Shown in pieces: positions 12,564-22,377 of a stretch of 64,000 bases of DNA. Both the position numbers and the translations under genes were made by a program. The stretch comes from Haliotis cracherodii (Eukaryota). The stretch's first letter is position 1. Each line of letters opens with the position of its first letter. The stretch lies in the NCBI RefSeq assembly GCF_022045235.1, contig NW_027266297.1, positions 68,200,001-68,264,000 of the forward strand, given 5' to 3'. Below the pieces are notes generated by a model. That model saw only the letters and a list, made by a program, of their open reading frames with translations, did not search any database and was not told the DNA's origin.

Positions 12564-15500
12564 ATGAATTACGGAAGCTGGAAGTTGCCCGAACTGAAGA
12601 CTGAGCTCAAAGCACGAGGTGCTCGAGTGTCAGGACGAAAAATTGATCTGATAGAACGGTAAGTTTCTAATATTGCTATTCCTCGTCATTTCTTACTGAG
12701 CATTTATTTTATAAGATTGTAACAGTAATTATTCCCCATTTTGTCACAATACACAGTGCAATATTGGTATCATCGTCATTGGTAGAACATATGTTTAGTT
12801 TAGACAACTGAGATCGCTAAACAAATAACGTAAGCATCGAGGCGATAGTGCCGACAACATAAGTGCTTCAGTTTTCGTTCACGTAAACAAAATGTCCCCG
12901 TTTAAGGACGCTTTGCGATGCACTGACAAGGGAAAGAGCGGTAACCACGGATCTTGTACGGAAGGTAAGTGTCAGTCACAATAATTTATTCTTCGAATTA
13001 ATGACTCACTGGCAGTGTACAAAATATAACACCCTTTTACATGAGGTTGGGATAACTTCCGGTTTCATAGATTCTATAATTATTTGGGCAATTATTCAAT
13101 AATACATCGTTCTTCGATACATATAAATATACATAGTGAATTTAAGCAGATACTATCTTGGAAGCGGTCTAAGGACTGCATCGCATTTTACTTAACATCC
13201 ACCCCCCCCCCCCCCCCCCCCCCCGAATAAATGACAAGTCCCCAAATATGTATCTTAAATAATCATAATGCCCCCGTCCCTTTCTTCGTTTCTATACACA
13301 TATTTGGAATTGTGATTCATCTGTGGCCAAAACATGATGTAACAAAGCGTGAGGTAGGTTCTGAAATATTTGTAAAACATTAAAAATTGCTTGAGCTCTG
13401 CACCATCCGATGGCTGAAGAAAGACTGAGGGCTATCACGTTCATCGTCCTTTACAGTGAGTGTGTTTAGATTTTCATATATTTTTATTCATTTTAGCAAG
13501 TGTGATGGGTTCACACATTTCTTATTTCCTCAGTGTGAAAGGTACACACATTTAATTATTTAAGCCAGAAGTTTGAAAGGTTCACACATTTATTAGGACT
13601 GAAACGATACATTGGTGCACTGGTGCATCAAGTTTTCATGCATGATACACAGTACTTTTTTACACTTGCTAAATTAAGTTTCTTACTACTTGTTTTATGA
13701 CACCCAAGTGTCAGTCAAATACTGCAAATATTATGTAATTAGCATTTCAAATTCACAACTAGAAATTTCCTTTTGAACCTGCTCTGAAATATTTAGTCAA
13801 GAAGTTTCCACACAATTTGACATAAAAAGGTGACCTTATGTACTGTGATGTGATCTCCCTGTATCGTTTCACCTAGAACATTTATTTCATCCACAAGTGT
13901 GAAAGGTTCACACATTTATCATTTCATCCACAAGTGTGAAAGGTTTCACACATTTATCATTTCATCCACAAGTGTGAAAGGTTTCACACATTTATTATTT
14001 CATCCTCAAGTGTGAAAGGTTCACACATTTATTATTTCTTCACAAGTGTGAAAGGTTTCACACATTTATTATTTCATCCACAAGTGTGAAAGGTTCACAC
14101 ATTTATTATTTCTTCACAAGTATGATGGGTCCATACTTTGATGTGCATAACAACGTTTTTAATTCTAATATTAAAATTAGATGTAATGAAGCTTTTGAAT
14201 GGTAGTCTAACAGAGTAATCTTTAGACATCGGTTCGATTCCGGTCGAAGGCAAACACATCGAGAGTCCTTATTCACTGCATGTATTTATATTTTGTGACA
14301 CAATGTCTTATTCTTGTGTTAACATTAATATCCATATTATTATATGTTGTTTGTTTTCTAACAAAAAATTATATACAATTACTGAAGTGCAAGTAAAGAT
14401 ATTATTACTGTTTTAGTACTGATAATGCAGAGATGGCTTAAGCTTCCTTACTGACAGAAATACTGATTTGTTGACTTTGGAGTTACAGGGATCTGTTCTT
14501 AAAATAATTGTACTTTTTGACAAAATGGACACTATGACATTTGTGTACTCCAAAAATAATTTAATAGTCCATATATTTTACAGTCATTTTTTTTCAATCA
14601 GGTTCTTTCTTTTACAGTTGTTTATTTCAAATGTTTTTCAGACTCGAGAGCTATGACCGAAACTGCAATTTTGGGAAAGAAACAGAACTTGAAGCCGAGT
14701 TCGAAATGACACTGCCCCCAGTCGAAACTTATAGGGATGTAAATGGTGACAGTCATCTTCCTTTTTTAGCATATGAAGCTATAAATTATTACTTACAGCC
14801 TTTTCAGAAGAAACTTGGTTCAAGTTCAAAAAATCTGTACACTAGTAGGTTTTTGAATTTTTTTCGGTATTCAAAACCAGGTAACATGTGTTTCCTGAAG
14901 TCTGAGTGCCGTGCTGAAATGAAGAAGCATGTGACTTACAAAGTCGATATTGCAATTGATGACGATGGTTCTGTTGTGGAGGGGCAGTGTGAGTGTGCTG
15001 CAGGCCAGGGTCCATCAGGACATTGCAAACATATTTGTGCAGTGTTATATGCTATGCACAAGTTTTCAACAACTGGCGATGTTTTAACTGAAGAAACATG
15101 TACTCAAAGATTGCAAACCTTTCATAAAAGTAAACCCTATAAAGGCAGTCCCATAAAGGCGACTGACCTTGATTTATGCAACAGTGAACTGAATGTTATA
15201 TTTGACCCACGACCAGTTCAGTATCGCAAAGTGCCAAATTACCCTGACTTTTTTCGCAATGTTTGGTTAAACCACCCTAGTGTCAATACATTTCCAGTTT
15301 CTCAAATGTTTCCTCCAGCAAATCCATTTGCTGTTAATCATGATCATGATTATCTTAAGTTATCTTTAGCTGACCAATACCTGAAATCCCAGAATATATC
15401 AGAAATATCAGATATGGATAAAACCAACCTTGAAATAATAACCCGTAAACAGTCTAAGAGCGAGGAATGGAAAACTGAACACACAAAGAGAATTTCTTCT

Positions 15501-16076
15501 TCCAATTTTGGAAAAATTTGTTTGGCAACAGACAAAACTGATTTTCATAAACTTGCTAGATCAATGACTAAGCCTTTCGAGGACATTCAAAGTCCACCAC
15601 TTAGACATGGCAGAAAATATGAAAAGGTGGCAATAAAAGCTTTTGAAAGGTCAAGTGGTTTCAAAACCTCACCATGTGGCATGTTTGCGTCAGATGTTCA
15701 TCCATTTCTCGCAGCTTCACCAGATTCACTTCTCGGTGATGATACTACCATTGAAGTGAAATGTCCATTTGCATCTAAAGACCGCCTAATCTCAGAGATA
15801 ACTGTTCCCTATTTGAAGGTATCTGAGGGAAAACTTACCCTTGACAAAAGCAAGCCATATTTCTTTCAAGTGCAAGGGCAGCTCTACTGTACTGGTAGAA
15901 AACAGTGCATTTTTATTGTATACACGATGAAGGATTTGAAATATTTTACTGTATCCCGAGATGATCATTTCATTGAATCTATGGTTGAAAAACTTGTGGC
16001 ATTTTATGACACCTTTTTCAAAAAGGCACTTCTTGACAAATTCTATTTCAGAGATTATGACAGGTATTCCTGGTAA
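12564..16076 (+). CDS. SAP-SWIM-YqaJ (lambda-exonuclease-like PD-(D/E)XK) protein, 509 aa; exons 12564-12658 and 14642-16076
   Basis: Exon 1 MNYGSWKLPELKTELKARGARVSGRKIDLIER is SAP-like and ends CG|GTAAGT, joining TTTCAG|A CTC GAG in frame. SWIM motif CECAAGQGPSGHCKH; YqaJ motifs RISSSNFGKI, HGRKYE, FLAASPD, IEVKCP, YFFQVQGQL. No stops or frameshifts. Confidence 0.9.
13498..14138. repeat. Array of 36-38 bp hairpin repeats (AAGTGTGAAAGG(T)TTCACACATTTATTATTTCATCCAC) in the YqaJ-gene intron
   Basis: Three degenerate units at 13498-13595 and 6+1 units at 13895-14138; stem GTGTGAA/TTCACAC. Confidence 0.9.
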
Positions 16077-18216
16077 ATTTCAGATGCTGATACTCATGTG
16101 TCAATGGTCATGAGCCCTATAAACAAGAACGACAGAATTGTAGTCTCAATGTTTTATGCTGAACATATTATATACTGCATATATGGACATTCACAAACAA
16201 ATAGTTATGAAAAGACTTGCAGGGTTCCATTTAAGGATGAAATTTCAACAGATGCATGTTGACATGAAAAGAGTTGCATCAGACAAAACCAGGTTGAACT
16301 CTGATGCATTCACTTGTGTAAATAAATACAACCATGACAATCTCAGATGTCTATTAAGACATTTAGTACTTACTGTTACAGTACTATGTGACAATGGCAA
16401 CCATCTTTTAATCACTCCAGTAGTTAATAGTTGGATAATCTAAATATCACAACATACACACTGGTCCCATACATGGATGCATTCACTAGTCTAAATAAAT
16501 ACAATCTCTGATGTCACAGTTAGTACCTACTGTTACAGTACTATATGACCAGGCACCTCATTATCAACTACTTGAAAGAATAAATGGTCTGTAAAAAAAA
16601 TTAATCTAAATATGTATGTGAATCATTAATTGCCTGTTTTCAAATTTGATGTGATGCTATAATCAACTGACATTAATGAAGGCTCTGTCCAAGAGGTTGA
16701 AGTCACCCCCACCGTGTGACACATAATCCTATAATAATCAATGTAACTATCCTCAACCAGTGTTTTAAGCCAGCTCATTGCTGACTGGCTAGTATTGAGC
16801 ACAACCACCAGTGGCTTAGTTAATGACATAAATCCTGCTGGTGTATCGTGCAGGAAGCAGAGGTGCTGTAAGTCCCCATGATCCCCAGCGAGGTGGCCTA
16901 GCTTTGGTTTCTGGTGGCCTATAACCCATGTTTTAAAACTGTATAAATGATATTGTTATGTCCAAATGTGTATTTAAAATTGTTTTTAAATATACCTTTG
17001 CATTCATGAGTAAATTGTGTACATCAACTTGGTCTCGTCGCTATATGGCTGAAATAGTATTGATGTGACATTAACTTTTAACTCACTTTGTGACGATGGC
17101 AACCATCTGTTAATTACTCCAGTAGTTAATAGTTGGATAATCACAATATTTAAATATAGATGAAGCTACAGTGCAATACATAATCACAATTCAGTGTCCA
17201 TACTCATAAATATCATCACTGCTTGAAGCATACTCCTTCAGCTCTGTATCTGAAGAATTACAACTGTCATGTGATTATTATCTGCAGCTGAACTGTTTGA
17301 GGGAATGATAAAAAAACATTGTCATTGACTTCTTGCTTGTCATGATTGCCTTTTATAACATCTGAGAGAGCTGAAGCAACAACACTAAGATGTGCCAGAT
17401 ATCTGGACCGGTCTAGCTGCTGCCAGTATCATATGAAACAAGAATACACAGCCATGGGACGCATTAGAATTTTGTCCTCATTACAGCCACAATGCACAAA
17501 GTAACAGACTTAAACACAACTTAGGACAATTAATTACAATTTGTTTCTCAGTAAACATGTATCCATTGAAGGATGGATATATGATCCAGAAATATACACT
17601 TCAACTTATACAGATTTTAAGTTTGTGAAATAGAAGCAACCAGTATTTGGGTTTAATCCAAATTGCTGCCATGGAAAACAGGAAAAGGCACCAGTTCGAC
17701 TTGTGTTTGATACATGTGCAAAGTTTCATAATAACATATGAAACAGTTTCCGAATTATGCTCGGACAAATAATGTGTCTCTCCCACTTTGTGGCAGGGGA
17801 TAATGTAACAGTACGCAAAATGTAACAATACGCACAATACTGTCAACATTCTTAAATTCATGTTACTGATGTCATAAATTTAAAACAAATTCAGTAAGTG
17901 AGATGGGTTTAACACCACACTGAACAGGAAGTTTAGCATTATATTAACAAAAGCTCTGATTGTTTGTGGCTGCATAAATGGTAAGTTTGCTTCAAACTTG
18001 CTTTTTGACCACAGTTTCCCATTCTAGTCTCAACATGATACATAATCTATAACATGTTACATTTAACTTTATCCTCATGAATATTTAGCAACAATTAATT
18101 TTAATCATGTAGCAAACGCAAATAACAGGCCCTTTTGAAAGAATTAGAAACAAATCTCCATACCCTACGTCTGACTGGAATGAAAGATATTTTTAATGAT
18201 TTTCTAACCAATATGA

Positions 18217-20772
18217 TTAGCAAGTAGAGGGAACAATGCACTTCTTGAAAGAACAAAGCATGAAGCAAACAGTGGTTATTTCTGTGGCTAATTTGGTTTC
18301 TGAACTGTTAAGAGGTTCAGTAAGTATTTTGAATGTTTTTGCCAGACCAATAATACGTTCAATGTGAACTCTTTTGCTTGATATTTTCCTATCACGCATA
18401 ACAGTCTTGCCAGACATACGGTTTTTCTTTGAGAAGAATGTTGGCATATTAATGGTAACATCTTTTGGTGCAAAAATATCTTGTACGTTGAAACCCTTAT
18501 CGGCCATAATACTATCTCCTGGGTCGCACATCACTGTCAAACCACTACGCTCTACTATTTGACGATCACTTGTGGAGCCACCATATGCAGGAGACACATA
18601 TGACACAAGACCACCTGGTGTGGATCCAACAAGTATTTTGATAGTATTTCGATTTTTATACGTTGAGTAGGTAGACTGCTGAGCTATGGGGCGTTTTGGT
18701 TTCTGGATAGGGCATTCAGTACCATCAATGATAATTCGTGTGGATGGAAATTTGGATTTGAAATCAGAAGGACAAAAATAGTGCACTAAGTCTCGTTCTG
18801 GCCAGTTATCAAGCTCACTCCACTGTCTATACATAAAATTTACCCAGGTGATCCATACATTTAATACAGTTTTCTCTGAAATTCCAAAATGAAGACCAAG
18901 TTCAAAGTTAGTCTTATGTCGGCGCAGTTTCATAAGTGTTAAAAGCAATTGATTTTCCACACTGATAGTTATACTGTCAACTTTGCTGTACAAATAATTT
19001 AGGTGATATGCACACGGACCCAAACTTGCAAGTACAAAGGTGAAGTCTGTATAGTTTGACAGTCCTGTATAAAACAAAATTGCTGCAGCATTAAACATAA
19101 TACTTTGTATTGAAAGCATTGGAAATTTGTCTGTCTGAGCTGATGTACTTTCATATTCAACCTCTGCACTATCTGCAGAACAAATGTTTAGGTCGGTATT
19201 CATGTCATCAAACTCAACATTGTCAATTATTTCCTCCCCAGCTACCTCACTGATATCACATTCAATATCACAATCTGTATCCATTGCTTTAAATGTCCTC
19301 TTTTTGTTCTCACGCCTTTCAATGCGGGATTTCCTTAAGCCTCCATCGGCCTCAAGTGCGTTGGCTGATTCAGTCCAGGGGAAGATTGATGGTACAGCAT
19401 CTGGTTTTCTCTGTTTCCTCAGAGGTGTACACCCTGGGAAAAACAGCAGTAGTTTATTATTTTCCAAACAGATATTGTGTAATCTTTTGACTACCAGTTG
19501 TGAGATAACTTTTTATGATAAGATTTAAGTTAATTTGCAGGGAAAGAAAAAAATTTCTATGGGCACGCTATGTTTTGTCACATTATGAACATAATAGTGA
19601 TACACATCAATACATTAGAAAAGTAAACAAACTTTTAAATTAAGGAAAATTATGATATAAATTAGCTGACAATTTAGCTGATATAGTCTCAACATTACAT
19701 ACATATAATGCCTGATACAGAGAAGTGTCTTCAAGTTCAACACGTACACATGACACTGTTCTGACAAATACATATCAAAAGTGAACAAACATGAACCTGT
19801 ATTCTTGAATCATCTGTGCCTCATCTCTGTGGAAAACAAGCACCTGCAGGAAAATGTAACATGATGCATTAAAGGCAAAAACGTCAAATATGTGTTGACA
19901 TTCCTGGTAAACATCAATTCAACAAATTAAAGAAGAAAACTAAGATGGGTTATGATCAAACATCAATAACTTCATAAACAGGAATATAATGGTGGTAAAC
20001 AGGGTTTTACCTCAATTAACTGGGTATGCACTAGACCCCCAGTAATTGATTTCAAAGGCCCTTGCATGAAATATATGAGGGTCAAACCTATACATCACCA
20101 TGAGCACTGACTGGCAAAAAAATGGCTACTATAGTAAGGCAAAAAAGACACATTATTTCTATCTGGGTTTTAAAAAACAATGAAATATACTCATAGGTTC
20201 ACATGCAAACACACATAACCGTGATTTCATTAGAATTAGCCAATACTCCAATTTACTCGCCTACTCTGAACTAAAATTATTGTGAAAAAAATCCCACACT
20301 TCGAAGTTTTAAGAATCTTTACTCAATTTAACTCAATGACAATATCAAACTATCTGTGGAAATACGTGTGTCCCGCGGGACGGAACATATTCTATTTTGT
20401 CTGCGTCCATTCTTCACATTTCTGCATACTGGATACACATTTCTGAGTCACGTAAAACCCTCTTCGTAGTTTCAATGCAAGAAAATATAACAAATATAAT
20501 TGGCATGCACGTTAATTAAATCTGCCAACGAATAGAAACATAACAAGTTACCCAAATATCTTACCATAACTAGTTACAGCAATGAAATCAGACGGTCTGA
20601 AGTGAGAATGACACACAACACTGTGAGGTGACGGTTTCCACATCTTGCCTTGGTTTGATTCGTCGCTCCTCCGAACAGCAATCAACCATCGTTTCTGCAA
20701 CATGGGTTCTCTCGGGAACGACAAACCACCTCGATTGCAGCATCCCGGGACACAGCAGCACGTCGAAGGCAT
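18217..20772 (-). CDS. THAP-HTH-DDE (DDE_Tnp_4/Harbinger-type) transposase, 474 aa; exons 20565-20772 and 18217-19433
   Basis: Exon 1 MPSTCCCVPGC...FP...W...VVCHSHF (THAP C2CH) ends G|GTAAG and joins TTCCCAG|GG in phase 1 to ...DAVPSIFPW (THAP AVPTIF-type box). HTH region ENQLLLTLMKLRR..LGLHFGISEKTV; catalytic motifs IIDGTE, GGSTSD, MADKGF, RVHIERIIG. Confidence 0.92.
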
Positions 20773-20912
20773 CGTAAATACTTCGTTATAGTTGTTGGTC
20801 GTGCAAATATCTATGAACCGCGTAATATACCGGAAGTACGCGCAGGACCGTAGCGTTTGGCGCCATCTATTGGCGAAGTAGTAAAGGGGCATAACTGAGG
20901 AATGTTGGCCAT

Positions 20913-21700
20913 TCTGACCATTACTGATATAAAAATTCAAATTAAAGATATCATTAATAATTTTGAAGATATCCTTATATCAATTGTTGATATCTGTAAT
21001 ATAATTTAAGAAACATGAAGGAACGGCAAAAGAATTATTCTGGTCTCCAAAAGTGCAGAAAATTATTTACAGATATCTTCAAATACTTCCGATCTGGCTA
21101 CATATCCATAAATTCTTCGGGTTCCAAAATGGCGGCAAACCATGCCCAACTTGTGCAGGAACTTGTAACAGCATGCCAAGCAATTCGCGGAGTTAAGGTG
21201 TTGACTATGTCTACTGTGATCAATTTGAAAAAGTGGTTGTGTGAAGAAATTTTCCACCATGGTTAGAAACATAACCCACAGTACTTAACAGATGGAAGTA
21301 TTTGAAGATAACTTTAATTTTGAAGTCTTTAATAATGGCAACAATTGAAGATATAAATGATTAATTATTGATATCTGTATTTAGTTTTAAGATATCAGGA
21401 ATTGAATAACTGATATCATAACGACTTCTTGGAATCTTTAAATCATATTTTGATATCATTAACTGAATTTAAGATACCAGTAATAAGCTTCACCATATCC
21501 TTTTGTGATATTCTTAATTCATTTCATGATATCCTTAATTCATTTCATGATATCCTTAATTCATTTCTTGATATCCTAAATTTTATTGCAGATATCTACA
21601 ATTATCTGTATTTAAGATATCTTCAATTCCATTCAAAATATCTTTTAAACAATTGAAGATATCAGTAATTCCGTTATGAATGTGAAAACAGCTTGCCATA
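20913..21700. repeat. GATATC array with ~21-bp period (right blocks ~20926-20996 and ~21370-21663) around a unique ~300-bp core, ending in ...GCTTGCCATA
   Basis: GATATC with mostly 15-nt spacers; abrupt junction to a SINE-like fragment (GAGCCTAACCACC) after 21700. Confidence 0.8.
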
Positions 21701-22377
21701 GAGCCTAACCACCTGATCTCGTTAGCCACCTCTTCATGCCGAGTACCAGACAGGGTAACAACAAGTACCATCTTTTAATGTCTTTTGGTATGACACGGCC
21801 TGGGATCAAACCCCGGACCTTCCGCTCTACCACTACACCACGGAGGCGGTTCTGAGGGGGGAAGATGTTTACAGACACCAACACTGACTGACACCAGACA
21901 AGTAGTCCATGACATAAGCTCACGTCATCAGGTACACATCACAATACACAAACTATACATGCACTCAAAACTTTGTATCACCACTGGAATTCCTATTAGA
22001 GTCTGTCTAGCTTAACACAAAATAAACACTAGTAATTAGTTTTCACATTTTATTTCTGTCAATGAACAAGTCAGTTCACAACTTACGTCTTGTGACATAA
22101 CTATGAATGTACATTGAATATGTAAATAGGTTGGTCTCTGACATTTGACATTGACCGTGATGCTTAAAGCCAACTCCCACAGAACCTCCCTGCCTTGGTG
22201 AGAAATTACAAGCCACGTTATGTCCAAGCATAACTGTAGCAGGAGATGAGCACTTCTAAATCTCGACACAGCAACAAGGCGAGTCAACAAATAAAGATAC
22301 ACTGTCATGTTGAAGGAGCAAGTCATCTGGGAGTTGGCCGGTGAAACACAGAATAATGATGCAGATAGTGAAGGAGA

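Larger units (their letters stand above)
12400..20910. mobile_element. ISL2EU-type (PIF/Harbinger-related) DNA transposon, apparently full length
   Basis: Left end AT|GGCAAACATTCCTGGAGTTGCGCCCCCTT; right end AAGGGGCATAACTGAGGAATGTTGGCC|AT (reverse complement GGCCAACATTCCTCAGTTATGCCCCTT); AT duplicated at 12398-12399/20911-20912. Encodes a THAP-DDE transposase plus a YqaJ protein, the gene pair characteristic of ISL2EU. Confidence 0.88.

Noticed and set aside
13498-14138. CRISPR array next to a nuclease
   Set aside because: Hairpin repeats are directly tandem with no unique spacers; YqaJ here is part of a known transposon gene pair.
14631-14641. ATG 14631 as start of the YqaJ protein (likewise 19467 for the transposase)
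   Set aside because: Both lie in splice-acceptor tracts; upstream SAP and THAP exons join in frame.
14631-16076. Endogenous virus or bacterial contamination (YqaJ 'viral recombinase')
   Set aside because: Spliceosomal intron, SAP/SWIM fusion, TIR-bounded context and no other viral genes.
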